A stretch of 49,590 bases of DNA, taken from positions 1 to 49,590 of the forward strand of contig NW_021834353.1 in NCBI RefSeq assembly GCF_006345805.1. The letters run 5' to 3'. The position numbers were made by a program, and so were the translations under genes. Each line of letters begins with the position of its first letter. Within the stretch, counting starts at the first letter, position 1. The stretch is from Octopus sinensis. Taxonomy: Eukaryota. A model generated the notes under the pieces. That model was not told the DNA's origin. It made no database searches and saw only the letters and a program-made list of their open reading frames with translations. Of the stretch, positions 25,669 to 38,478 are shown piece after piece.

Positions 25669-26010
25669 ACAAAAAAATAGAAAGTACATGGTAATAACTC
25701 TACAGTCCCAAATGATGAGAACATCAATATGAGCGTATAAAGAAAGCGGCAAAGTATCAGGACCTAGCCATTGAGTCACTGAGACTAGAGAAAATGTAGG
25801 TAAAATGTATCCCTACAGGGACAGGTGAATTAGGAACTATTTCTAAAAACTGGAGCAGATGGATAGAGGAAATAGGCATAAAGCTCCAGAATCAGGGACA
25901 GCGAAGATACTTAGGAAGGTTCTTGGCATTTAAGGTTACTTCTTGCAGCCCGATGTTAAGAATTTTTCCAACAGTCTAATTTGTTGTGCGCAAATGAAAT
26001 AATAAGTAAT
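25090..26010 (+). mobile_element. Decayed R4/Dong-like LINE 3' end (RLE endonuclease)
   Basis: LAQKEYKKKHDN...WEL...W.EHEP.KVLE, DLLVVDKK, KAAKYQDLAIE; TAA-rich tail. Confidence 0.75.
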
Positions 26011-26059
26011 TAATTAATTAATTATTAGCGACGAAAGCAATTATTAGCGACCAAAAGCT

Positions 26060-26230
26060 GATCTTTATATCCAACTTAGTATGGATGACTTATCATTAAC
26101 ATAGAGAGATCCTTAAAGGCGCTTGGTGCATAACAGCACATACACACCTATATGAGAGGATCTCTCAATGTTAATAACGTAGTATTCGTTGTTTTAACAA
26201 AGCATCCATGTTAAATTGGATATAAAGATC
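26060..26230. mobile_element. Short MITE with inverted ends; related sequence at ~15070-15160
   Basis: gatctttatatccaacttagtatggatg / catccatgttaaattggatataaagatc. Confidence 0.55.
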
Positions 26231-26242
26231 ACCTTAAAATAT

Positions 26243-26690
26243 ATTTCTTTACTACCCACAAGGGGCTAAACACAGAGGGGACAAATAAGGACAGACAAAG
26301 GGATTTAAGTCGATTACATCGACCCCAGTGCGTAACTGGTACTTAATTTATTGACCCCGAAAGGATGAAAGGCAAAGTCGACCTCGGCGGAATTTGAACT
26401 CGGAACGTAACGACAGACGAAATACGGCTACGCATTTCGCTCGGCGTGCTAACGTTTCTACCAGCTCGCCGCCTTTAAATAATGATTTCAAATTTTGGTA
26501 CAAGGCCAACAATTTCTGGAGAGGGGTTAGTCGATTACATCGACCCCAGGATCTACTGAAACTTATTTTATCCACCCCGAAAGGATGAAAGGCAAAGTTG
26601 ATCTCGGCGGAATTTGAACTCAGAACTAGAGACGGACGAAATGTTGCTAAGCATTTTGCCAGACGCGGTAATGAATCTACCAGCTTACTA
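26243..26690 (-). mobile_element. Two SINE family B copies
   Basis: Repeated cccgaaaggatgaaaggcaaagt.ga.ctcggcggaatttgaactc. Confidence 0.85.
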
Positions 26691-26739
26691 CCTTAGATCA
26701 CCTTTTAATAATAATAATAATCATAATGCATTTTTTGTC

Positions 26740-29700
26740 AATAGAATACGGATACAGATGGATATAATTAATAGGGTGGTAGATTTAGTAAATTCCCAAC
26801 ATATACATGGAGTTCATGATCTCCAAAAAGCAAATCAATGAAAGTTGAACTTTAAGAAAAATGTAAGTTTATAAAATTTAGCAGCACATAAGAACAAATA
26901 GAAAAATAAGGACCTGTAGGTTTATTGAAGCAACGAGTCAGAGTCGTATAAAATTTGGGATTAAAAGTCAGTGAAAGAACATACCAAGTGAAGAATACAC
27001 AAAACTAAGATTTATAGTGGAAAAGAAGAATATGAAGAATATAGAGAGGCTTGTTGGTGATGTATCAATATTGCAAAGAAAAAGAAAATATGAGCTTATT
27101 AATGGTTATAAACATGACGAACTGAAGAAAAAGTATAGCATTGACAGAAAAGGCTGCATGTTATAATTAAAGCATTTTAGTGAAGAGAGGAAAGATAACA
27201 AGACATGATTAAAGAACGAAATATTAAAGGCAAGATAGATTATTCCAAATTGATCAGAAGAAACTTTATCATGAAATAAGTTGGGAAGACATACACGAAA
27301 GAGTTATATCAGAAGCCGACTAAAGTTGCGTTTTGCAGAGAGATGTAGAATAAGGAAGAGTAGCATAATGCTGACTGGCTATAAATTTTGAATGGGTCTA
27401 TTTGTTACATTAAAATTGAAAAAGAAAATGTGCAGCAATTATGAAGATGAGTAATTGGACTGGAAAGCAGCTGAACCTAATAGTTTTGGATAAAGACGCT
27501 GACGGAATGCCATAAAAGAATTGCAGAACAGTTTAGTGCTCCAATCATTGGGAATGCAGAGGTTCCTGAGTAGATAACTATTGAATGAGCAGTACTGTGA
27601 TTTAAGGATGCTTCATAAGGGAATGCTGTAGATAACTACAGACGCATATCATGCCTCCTACTGATGTGGAAGGTACTAACATGAATAATCGCTACTGAAA
27701 TGTATACAATTCTTGATGATAATGGAATTATCTCTGTTGAGCAGAAAGGTTGTAAACGGAATTGCAGGGGAACTAAGGACCAGCTACATGTTTGGGATTG
27801 CAAAGAAAGTTAAAAGGTTTTTGAGAAAAAGTGGGGAAATCTGGAAGACTGAAGTGACGTCATATGGACAAAACTTAGGAATGTTAAGAATCAAAAGAAT
27901 TTAACTGTGTCTCCTTTACTATTTGTTTTATACATGATTCCTGTAATATTGCTACTGAGCAAAAATAACATTTAGATATGAGTTTAAAGAAAAACATCAA
28001 AAAAATCGACCATCTATTATTTATGGGTGACCTCAAGCAGTATGGTAAGGACAAAGCTCAAGTTATTTCTTCAATGAACACAACTCATTGTTTTAGCAAA
28101 TCATTAAAATGGAATTTGATCTAAATAAATGTGGAATTATACACCTGATGAGAGGGTAAGTGAAGACTTAGTGTAGAATTACTATCAGAAGAAATCATGA
28201 AAAAGATTGGTGATACAGGATTTATACAACCAGCACAAAGTGGGCTGAGGGCTTATCAGCTATGAAAGCTGTATATGCTCGGAACAAAAATAACTTGGGT
28301 GGTATATCAAGTGTGCCATAGAACCTTTGAGGATTCATGTGAAACTATCTAGTATAACCAGAACAGCTATTTTCGTAGAGACAAGAGTTCAAAGAAAAAA
28401 GAGTAAGGAAGACGAAAGAAAAATGGAATAGGAAAATGTTGTGTGGGCAGTTAGTGAGAGCAGTGAGCAGGAATACAGATGTCGATGGGAAGTAGCACTG
28501 ACTAAGGAGGAATGGCGAGAAGCCAGAAAGAGAAGCGCCTGTCTTTGCTGCACAGGGACAAACACTTTGTAGAAATTACATCAGATGCAAGATGGACAAC
28601 ACAGCAAAAAGTGACAAGTGCAGGTCATACGGTGATAAAGGCATATTGTGAATGAGTGCAGGAAGCTAACCCAAAAAAAAGAAATGCGAAAGAAAATGCG
28701 ATAATGTCACAAGAATGTTAGTTAGTTAGTTAGTTAGTTAATTTTTTGGCTCAAAAAGCAAAAAGCAAGGCCATGTAGGGGTACATGGAGTTATGTACAG
28801 GGTGGTGTTCATGTAAAGAGTTCTGGCAACTTGAGGTCAAGGGAGACTTTGAACCGAGCGGTCGTCGGCATCTTCACCATCTCGTCTGGCAGCTTATTCC
28901 ACGAATCCGCAACCCGGACGGAGAAAGTCTCTCTCCTTCGATTGAGATGAAATCGTCGCAGATAGAGCTTTTTGGAATGACCCCGCAGTCGACGTTCTGG
29001 AGCAGGAGTGAAGAACAGCTCTTTCGAGAGGTTACACTTTCCGCTTATGATGTTGTGAGCAAGAATGAGATCTCCCCGGCGTCGTCGTTTTTCTAGAGAA
29101 TAAAGGTCGAGCGTCTTCAGCCTTTCTTCATAAGACAAATTCTTGAGACCAAGAACCATGCGGGTAGCCAGCTTCTGGACTCTTTCAAGATGCTGTATGT
29201 CTTTGAGGAGATAAGGAGAAGAGGCTTGAATCCCGTACTCCAATATGGGTCTCACCAGCGTGACATAGAGCGGTAGGAATATGGCTGCTGTGAGCATTCC
29301 GAATGACCGTCGAATCAAGAACAGAATTCCGCGTGCTTTGTTGGCAGCATGGACGCACTGGGCCGAAGGCGAAAAGGAGGAATCCACCAAGATACCCAGG
29401 TACTTTACCTGACCGGTCCTCTCCAGCAGCAGACCCGGCTCGAAATCAAGTTGAGTTGCAGGAGGAGAGCCAACAGGCAGATGACAGCACTTTGACACGC
29501 AGAATGATTCATTAGGGCCGGTGTGACAAGTATGCATTAGATGGAGCAAAGGCGTGCTATGAGCAGATTATTCTCAGAAGGAGTAAACGAGAATGATAAA
29601 GAAGATACAGGGGAATGTAACAATCCAATATGATCATGAAATTCAATATTGAAAGCTGGATATAGTTGTTGCGAATAAAGTAAAAAAAACACCCTGCTTA

Positions 29701-29965
29701 ATTTTAGATATGGCACGTCTTGGTGATGAAAAAGTATCGGAAAAAGAAGTGAAGTAGGTCAAATGTGATAATATGAAATTGGAAACCAGAAGATTGTGGA
29801 CATTGAGGAAGGTAACTGCCATACTTATTGTTTTTGTTGTTGTTGTTGTTGTTGTAGCTTTATGTGCTATAAGTACGAAGCTAACAAACTGAAAAGTTAG
29901 GGGTAAATGTGAAGTCAGAGCATCTGCAGAAAACAGTGTTGCTTGAAATTGCACAAATCTTCCAA
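26740..29965 (+). mobile_element. Long decayed R4/Dong-like LINE (RT + RLE), split by a CR1 insertion
   Basis: Fragments FWIK, NYRRISCLLLMWKVLT, EQKGCKRNCRGTKDQL, SPLLF, HLLFMGDLK, MEFDLNKCG, HIVNECRKL, DNVTRMIH, LQKTVLLEIAQI; many stops. Confidence 0.75.
28718..29500 (-). mobile_element. 5'-truncated CR1/Jockey-group LINE with (TAAC)n tail and 6-bp TSD
   Basis: KYLGI, LYVTLVRPILEY, LERVQKLATRMV, YEERL, RGDLI, RLRGH, FSVRVADSWNKLP; AGAATG at 28712-28717 and 29501-29506. Confidence 0.9.
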
Positions 29966-30639
29966 AGAAGAAGAAGAAGAAGAAAAGAAGAAGAAGAAGA
30001 AAAGAAGAAGAAGAAGAAGAAGAAGAAGAAGAAGAAGAAATTCTCAATACTACACACTACCCAAAGAATATCCCTGCTTGGAACAGCTTACATCCTACGC
30101 AATATCAATTCAATAATACAACCTAAACAAATCAATCCACAAACACAAGACAGTCTATACAGCAAATATCCAATGAAATAAACTTCCATCAACAGGTCAA
30201 GTAATCAATGCATTACACACAACACACAATACAACAAAAGATTGCACAACACTTCATAATAAAAAGAAACTGGTGCAACACAATACCGGAAAGAGTGCAC
30301 ACTCCCAACAACAATAAAGAACATACAATGTTGCTCTCATCCCAGCAGGTGAAGCAGTAGAAATTTGCCTGAAACTATTGAACAATGATAATAATAATAA
30401 TCCTTTCTACTGCAAGTACAGGGCCTCAAAAGGAAGATAAATAACACAAATATAGAAGTCTTAACAAGGCTTGCTTGCCTTTGAACTGGACTGGCCTCTT
30501 ACTTTTTTAACTATCCCCGATATTTCTCCAACCATAACCACTTTATTATTGTAAGGTTATGACATGGTAATGCAATTCGTATCATCTGACAGTTCCTAAG
30601 CTGCAGGAAATCAATTGATTTGTAGATATCCTAACTCAC

Positions 30640-31092
30640 CTCGATATAGCTGTTAAGATCGAAAAATGTCCGTTGCATTCACAGCTTCACTTCCACTCAA
30701 ATCTATATTTTCAAAAACTAAAACACACAAGGCCAACTGAACTTATTCGTGTTACTTCCCTTGCTTGTTAATTTTAGGTTTTAAATACCCGCAAGATGTA
30801 GTGTTAGTTCGACAAATTACTTGTCTAATTAATCTCAATTCACCGAGGTTTTCCATCGCACTATTTTATCGAAGCCCAATAGTAATTCGCATTAACTATG
30901 CAGAACATTCCCCTTCAACTATTTTCATTCATCTACATTGTTGATACTGAATAATGGTCATTCATTGTTGACATGTAAACGCAATAAGAATAATTCGTTT
31001 AAACACAAATCTCACACGTGACGCTTCACTTGATATTTAGGACATCCTCGAACGCTTTCGATAAAAATGTTAATCTCTGCTACTCTGCTACT
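30640..31092 (-). other. Candidate non-coding first exon (5' UTR) of the receptor gene
   Basis: Unique sequence island ending in GAG|GTGAGT donor at 30640; the next exon (24499) starts with an acceptor, so an upstream exon is required. Confidence 0.35.
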
Positions 31093-31125
31093 GTATACTA
31101 CGCTTTTTGTACATTTTTTATATAT
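31085..31125 (-). promoter_or_regulatory. Candidate TATA box and Inr-like element
   Basis: Minus-strand TATAAAA (31122-31116) 30 nt upstream of the A of CAGT (31092); AT-rich context lowers specificity. Confidence 0.25.
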
Positions 31126-31373
31126 TTGCATATATTAGTATACTTGAATGTGTGTGTATGTGTGTGTTTGTGTGTGCGTGTGTGTGTGTGTGAGAGAGAG
31201 AGAGAATGTGAGAGAGAGAAAGTTATTGAGTGAGTGAGTGTGTGTATGTATGTATCATAAACATTCTGGATTTATTATATATCTGTATAAACACGCAAAG
31301 CTGATAGTAGTTAAAACTATTGCGATTCTCTCAGACAGACACGTACACTCACTCACTAACTTTATTTATATAT

Positions 31374-31412
<39 letters not shown>

Positions 31413-31473
31413 CATATATGTATATATATATGTATATATATATGTGTATATATTATATGTGTATATATATATG

Positions 31474-31563
<90 letters not shown>

Positions 31564-31592
31564 TCAGACATATACATACATGCAAACATACA

Positions 31593-32545
31593 TACAGGCT
31601 GGACAAAATATTTGGAAAATAACACGTTTTATTTAAGTATTTTTTGTATTGGCAACATAACACATTCAAAACTGTTCAAGTCCGTATATATGCGTTTATA
31701 TGCATTATGTACACCTGGTACTTTATGATATATCTCTCTTTTTTATTTTCTTGTTTTGCAGATATTTATATTTAAATAAGTTAAAATGAGTGACCTATAT
31801 GATTTTCAAGGCGGACACGTTGTTGGCGAGCGGATAATTGATGCTTCAAACGAAGGTAAAACCAGCACTGACAAGCACCGAATTGAAGGCATAGCTCACA
31901 GAATTGGAGGAAAGCTCACAGGATTGAAGGCAAAGCTCACAGAAATGAACCGCAAAATGGTGAAACGTTGTCTAAAAGTCATAGAACGGCAACAAAAGTG
32001 TCACCAGAACTAAGCTACTACCTTGCAAAGCATGTGTAAACTTAAACTGTTCATCGAGAACTCTATAAAGTTGGGAAGGCTACACCTGTCCCCCGTCAAC
32101 ATTGATAAGCGGGGAAACGGTGGCTGGGCCGTCAGAAATAGTCAGTGGCTCAACAAAACAATGTCATCTCTGATGAATCATCATTCAATCTCTTTCCCAC
32201 TTTGGGTGAATTTATATCTAGCAACAGTCCAATAAAACCTTGAAACCTGACTACTTAGCTTCTGCAGTAAAGCATGGAGGTTGCTCTGTGATGAATTGAG
32301 CGGCCATATCACGGAATTCTCTTGGCTCTTCAGTTGTTTTATATGATAGAGATAAACCGCAGAGACTGAGTAGTTTGGTTGATTGTATGGTACAAACATT
32401 GTTCCCTGATGGTATAATACACCAATTTACACAGTGAATATTTTTCAAAATAACAAACTGGAACATACCCGCTTCAGTCACCGTATCTCAGAATATAATC
32501 GAGCATTTGTGGTGCATCTTGGAGCAGCAAATTACCAGCATACAA
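31593..32545 (+). mobile_element. Decayed Tc1-like transposon
   Basis: TA|CAGG start; MSDLYDFQGGHVVG HTH start, SDESSF, VKHGGCSVM, IFQNN motifs, with deletions and frameshifts. Confidence 0.75.
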
Positions 32546-32576
32546 ATATATATAGATAGATAGATATACCCATGTT

Positions 32577-32615
<39 letters not shown>

Positions 32616-32629
32616 GCATAAATATATTC

Positions 32630-32659
<30 letters not shown>

Positions 32660-32661
<2 letters not shown>

Positions 32662-32945
32662 CACGTCACGTGACCGACCAGACCATCAGATGTTGTTACA
32701 CATCGCTGGTCACAATGCTTTCGCATTGTTTTAGCCTTCGAATGACGCCAGCAGGCCGACAGAAGAAAGAGTGGGAGAAAGAGTGGTGAAAGAATACAGC
32801 AGGGATCGCCACACCCTGCCGGAGCCTCGTGGAGCTTTTAGGTGTTTTCGCTCAATAAACACTCACAACGCCCAGTCTGGGAATCGAAACTGCGATCCTA
32901 CAACCGCGGGTCCACTGCCCTAACCACTGGGCCATTGCGCCTCCA
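32660..32945 (-). mobile_element. SINE family C (tggaggcgcaatggcccagtggttaggg head)
   Basis: A box tggcccagtgg and B-box-like gtttcgattccc; a close copy lies at 34235. Confidence 0.85.
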
Positions 32946-32951
32946 CATATA

Positions 32952-33003
<52 letters not shown>

Positions 33004-33092
33004 ACCAAGAAAAAAGCAACAAGAATGGATTAGTAGTTTAGTACAATTGTTTCATACTAAGAGCAATTTTTTCATACTGGATTATATAATGG

Positions 33093-33131
<39 letters not shown>

Positions 33132-33162
33132 AAGGGTGAAAAGGAACACACGAGTTGATATA

Positions 33163-33602
33163 TATGAAAAAACAAGTCAAAATAGAAAATGCTAAAATAA
33201 TTTTATAAAGAACATTTCAGTACCGGTTTCGGTCATTTTGAGACCTTTTCAACTGTAACGATTAAATAAATAAATTTGGAAAAATTAAAAGAAAAGTTTT
33301 TTTAAGGGAATGTTTGTATAGTGTTCAAATATAAGTGGCATTCTGCCTTTCTCTGTCTCCCTTGTTTGCACTTGTGTGTTCGAGGTCGTTGTAAATTCTT
33401 GGTAGGGTAGAAGAAGAAGAAGGTTGATGAGGAGAGGGGGTGGAAAACACCTACGCAAATTCCATAAACAAACCTTTCAATAGAAATATTCTCCTGAATT
33501 GAACTGCAACTGACCATTCAAAATACGACCATCAAGGCACTCCAAATTTTTCTGAAATGTTCTTTATAAAATTATTTTAGCATTTTCTATTTTGACTTGT
33601 TT

Positions 33603-33609
<7 letters not shown>
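33163..33609. mobile_element. 447-bp (TA)n-flanked element with perfect 58-bp inverted ends and a hammerhead
   Basis: 33163-33220 is the reverse complement of 33552-33609. Confidence 0.85.
33218..33255 (-). ncRNA. Minimal type I hammerhead motif with compensatory U3-A8 core
   Basis: cag-TTGAAAA-ggtc-tcaaaat-gacc-GAAA-ccgg-TA^-ctg; all three stems pair; stem I extends (cgtt/aatg). Confidence 0.7.
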
Positions 33610-33695
<86 letters not shown>

Positions 33696-33814
33696 TATAT
33701 ATAATATATATATATATATATAATACATATATATATATATACTATATATATAAATACATATATATATATGGAGCATGAGTAAGAAAGATAGACATACATA
33801 TGTATGTGTGTATG

Positions 33815-33871
<57 letters not shown>

Positions 33872-33979
33872 ATGTACATACATACACATACATATACACA
33901 TGCATATATATATGTATATAAATATATATAAGTATATTCAATTATATATATAAATATAAATATATATGTATATGTGTAT

Positions 33980-34179
33980 GTGACCGCGTGTGTACCGTTG
34001 GCGATTTTTTTTCCTCTGTCTTCCCTTCTCTGGATCTTTCCTTCTCCTATGTTTCCGACGAAGAGCTCCGCTCGAAACGTTTAACTCTCCTTCTTTCTTT
34101 CTTTCCTGAGCGTCCAATAATACTATATTTGTTCCACGTCCTCGCATTGTTGTGTTTTTTTGTGCTTTCTTGTTTGGAT

Positions 34180-34184
<5 letters not shown>
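33980..34184 (+). mobile_element. ~200-bp (TA)n-embedded element with hammerhead-like motif at 34051-34085
   Basis: gttt-CCGACGA-a-gagc-tcc-gctc-GAAA-cg-TT^-taac: U4C core change, ACGT palindromic stem III. Confidence 0.6.
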
Positions 34185-34230
<46 letters not shown>

Positions 34231-34234
34231 GGAG

Positions 34235-34528
34235 CACGTAATCACGTGACCGAGCAGGCTATCAGATGTTGCTAAACATCACTGGTCTCAATGCGCTTCG
34301 CATTGTTTTAGCCTTCAAATGACACCACCACGCTGGTTAAGCAAGCAGACCAACAGAAGAAAGAGTGAGAGAAAGTTGTGGTGAAAGAGTACAGCATGGA
34401 TCGCCACCACACCCTGTCAGAGCCTCGTGGAGCTTTAGGTGTTTTCGCTCAATAAACACTCACAACGCCCGGTCTGGGAATCGAAAACGCGAGTCCGCTG
34501 CCCTAACCACTGGGCCATTGCGCCTCCA
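34235..34528 (-). mobile_element. SINE family C
   Basis: Aligns to 32660-32945. Confidence 0.85.
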
Positions 34529-34546
34529 CATATATATATATATATA

Positions 34547-34585
<39 letters not shown>

Positions 34586-34699
34586 CATACATATATATGC
34601 ATTAATATATATACATACATATACATATATACATACATACACATACATACATACATACACACACATATATATATTATATATATATATATACATATTTAC

Positions 34700-34731
<32 letters not shown>

Positions 34732-34891
34732 GCATATATATATACATATATATATATATAGCATATATATATATATACATATATATATATACATATATAT
34801 ATGCATATATATATACATATATATATACACATATATATACACATATATATATACATAATATATATATATATTATATATATATATAGAGAGA

Positions 34892-34926
<35 letters not shown>

Positions 34927-34941
34927 GAGAGAGAGAGAGAG

Positions 34942-34995
<54 letters not shown>

Positions 34996-34996
34996 G

Positions 34997-35090
<94 letters not shown>

Positions 35091-35148
35091 TGTATGCATT
35101 GAAGACATGAAAAAGAAGTCAAAGACAATCGAAACCGAAACTTTGTGC

Positions 35149-35180
<32 letters not shown>

Positions 35181-35552
35181 TGGGTGTTGCTGCTGCAAGA
35201 ACGCACATATGCTAAATATTTGATATCTGACTGCACTTAAAAAAAAATACATAGGAAACAAGATTATTCATGTAGAAAGAAAATTTATAAATGTGTGATG
35301 ACTTGCATAATGAAATATAATGTCAATAGTTATCAGTTGTATTTTACCATTCAATAAACATATTTTGAGAGGTGGGGCTTACTGAGGGAGATTAAAATTA
35401 TGTTATGCTAGAATGACGGAGAACAATTACACCTATATTTACTGGAACTCCTCGTCAAAGAAACAAAAATATTGAATTCATTCCTAATTGTTCTTATACA
35501 TGAGATGTGTTCAAGTCTTAAAATACGATACAGCTCGTCTGATATTCTAAGT

Positions 35553-36175
35553 AAGGCGGTAAACTGGCAGAATCGTTAGCACGCCGAGCGAAATGCTTAG
35601 CGATATTTCATCTGTCTTTACGTTCTGAGTTCAAATTCCACCGAGGTCTAATTTGCTTTTCATCCTTTCGGGGTCGATAAATTAAGTACCAGTTGCGTAC
35701 TGGGCTCAATCTAATCAACTGGCCTCCTCTCCTAAAATTTCAGACCCTGTGCTTAGAGTAGTAAAGAATATTCTACAGCAATTTTGAGAAGAAAGCAAAG
35801 TTGATTACATCGGCCTTAGGTCTCAACTGGTACTTATTTTATCGACTCCTGAAGTATTTTAATTTGGAACGTAAAGAGCGGAAGAAATGCTGTTAGCATT
35901 TTGTCCGTCATGAAAACGATTCCGCCAGAAAATCACCGTCATCTTGTCCAATATTTTGTCTGCTATCTACTACATGCACAAGATCTGAAATTTTGGAGGA
36001 ATTAGGTTGATCGACTGCCTCGACTCCCAGTGCTCAACTGGTACTTATTTTATTGACCCCTAAAAAATGAAAGACAAAATCGATTTGGGTGCCATTCGAA
36101 CTCAGAACGTAAAGAGCCGAAATAGATGTTCCAAGTATTTTGCCTAAACTGTAACGATGCGCCCAATTCGCCGCA
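35553..36175. mobile_element. Cluster of SINE family B copies (one +, two diverged -)
   Basis: Repeated ctggtactta..ttatcgac.cc and gaactcagaacgtaaaga motifs. Confidence 0.8.
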
Positions 36176-36311
36176 TTCATCTCGTCTAAGGTTAATGGTT
36201 TGGCTGAATCACTTGAAATCGTTTACTTAAGCTGTTTTCTTTCCGAACCAACGAGAGAGATGGGGAGAGAGCGAGAGAGAGAGAGATTATCTATATCAGC
36301 GCACATGTTTT

Positions 36312-36600
36312 TCCATTTACATGTTTCAGTCTTTTGACTGCGGCCAACCTGGTACACAGCCTTGAAGAGTTCAATCGAACAAATCGACCTCAGTACTTTT
36401 TTTCTGTTCAAGTTTAGTACTTATTCCATTGCTCTTTTTTCTTCCGAACCGTTTAGTTACGGGGACCATAGCTAAACGAGACACTGGTTATCATGGGGAA
36501 CAAACATAACGCAATGACATTTACCCAAGGTGCCGCACAGTGGAACTGAACCCAAGATCCCATGGATGAGATGCAAGCTTCTAAGCCACACAACCACATC
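36312..36600 (-). mobile_element. Diverged, internally deleted SINE family A
   Basis: ttttgactgcggcc...agtacttattc...cccaaggtgccgcacagtggaactgaaccc. Confidence 0.65.
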
Positions 36601-37340
36601 AGAGCCAACTTTTTCACCAATCGCCTCTTTTCCTTTACAAACAATTTAACAGCATCCCTTGATTCAACACCCTCTTCATCCAAAACCTAATCTACATACG
36701 TATAGTATCAGGCCAGGGTAATTTGGTTCCATGCGCCAGTTTGACTTGGCTTTCTTACCATAGTGTCATCCTTTGCATAAGTGACTATTTGAGATATCGC
36801 AGCTTGACTTTTGATACTCTTCTATACTCTAATACGTGCCTCCGATCAAACTTGGTTGTGTATTGTTTATGCATTATATATAAATAGATATATAATTCTC
36901 ATATATAATCCCACTTTGAAAAGCATTGATCTACGAGGTTACATGACCTGTTAGCCTGTTAGAAATAGCAACCGAACCTCTCTCAAAATCATACCCGACA
37001 ATCATAGGAAAGGAAGGACGCATTGAATGATGTAGTCCTAAATATGATGAGACGCTTTTAATTAGAGATAGGCTTAATCAGAATGTTCTGAAGCTATACA
37101 ATAGCAATAACAGCAAATGTAACAACAACGTGAAATCAACGACAGCAACAACAGCAATAACAACCATAACACCAAATTTTGCTTCATGTTACAGAAACCC
37201 TTTTTTCAGCTTAAGAGTGAGGAATCAATAGATAGTTGATGTTGATTAATGTTTTTGTTATTATTTTGTTTAACCCCAGCTCAGATCCTATTCCGCAGAT
37301 CCAGCTCAAAGAAATTGAAACAGTGACCATCGTATCTTAT

Positions 37341-37533
37341 TTCAACTCTTTAGCATTCAGATCATCCTGTCAGAATTAGTTATGCATTATCTTGCAGCTT
37401 CGAAATTTCAATGATGTGACTGTTTATTTTTAGAATGATATCGTACAGTAGGTGTTTGGATTTGGTTGATTTGAATATAAAACAGATAGAATATTTGAGC
37501 TTTACACAGCCATTTTAAATATCAGAGGGTTAA
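37341..37533. mobile_element. Old piggyBac-type MITE
   Basis: tcaactctttagcatt ... aatatcagagggttaa degenerate TIRs ending in TTAA. Confidence 0.35.
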
Positions 37534-38034
37534 GACAAAATATATCAAAGCCTACACTATCCCATGCATCTTCCCTTCTAAAACGGCTGGGGCATAACTT
37601 GAGCAAATTTGGCTGTTATGATTTACAGATCGAAATTCAATTCGGTGACATGAGAGAATTAGTAATAATGTTGAAGAATAAATTCTGGGTAACCTTGACT
37701 GGAACACATTCCTGATGATTCACGAAACTGGTCCTCTTGTGTGAAAGATGTATTGCATTGTGCCATTCATGAGAAAATTTAACCAAAACAAGTTTTCAAA
37801 CATTTTCAAACAGGAAAATTACTATATGCAAATAAAGGTGTTCAAAATGTTTATTTTCGATCAGATATCGATATGAGAAAATTTCATCCTGATCTATAGT
37901 ATTTGGAAGATATAGAAAACATTTGTCTTGAAAATGCCACATCGATTTTTGTCACGCGCGTCACACCAGATAAATGAGAACTGTGACCACCAAACTTGTT
38001 GTCCAGCAAATAGATTAGCATCTTTTGATATATC

Positions 38035-38478
38035 GGTTTCAAATTTTGGCTCAAGGCCAATAATTTCGGGGTGGAGTTCAGTCGATTACATCGACCTCAG
38101 AGCTCAACAGGCGGCGAGCTGGCAGAAACGTTAGCACGCCGGGCGAAATGTGTAGCTGTATTTCGTCTGCCGTTACGTTCTGAGTTCAAATTCCGCCGAG
38201 GTCGACTTTGCCTTCCATCCTTTCGGGGTCGATAAATTAAGTACCAGTTACGCACTGGGGTCGATATAATCGACTTAATCCGTTTATCTGTCCTTGTTTG
38301 TCCCCTCTGTGTTTAGCCCCTTGTGGGCAATAAAGAAATAGGTATTTATTTTATCCACCCCGAAAGGATTAAGGCCAAAGTCGACATCGGCAGAACTTGA
38401 ACTCAGAACGTAAAGATGGACGCAATGCCGCTAAGCATTTTGCTTGGCACGTTAACGATTCTGCCAGCTCGCTGCCTT
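38035..38478. mobile_element. Nested SINE family B: young + copy (38110-38340) inside an older - copy
   Basis: Old copy tail 38035-38109 and head 38341-38478 flank a near-consensus copy in opposite orientation. Confidence 0.75.

Noticed and set aside
37704-37742. CTGATGA-ttcac-GAAA-ctgg-TC
   Set aside because: Core boxes and GUC are present, but there is no stem II and no proximal stem I; chance match or heavily decayed
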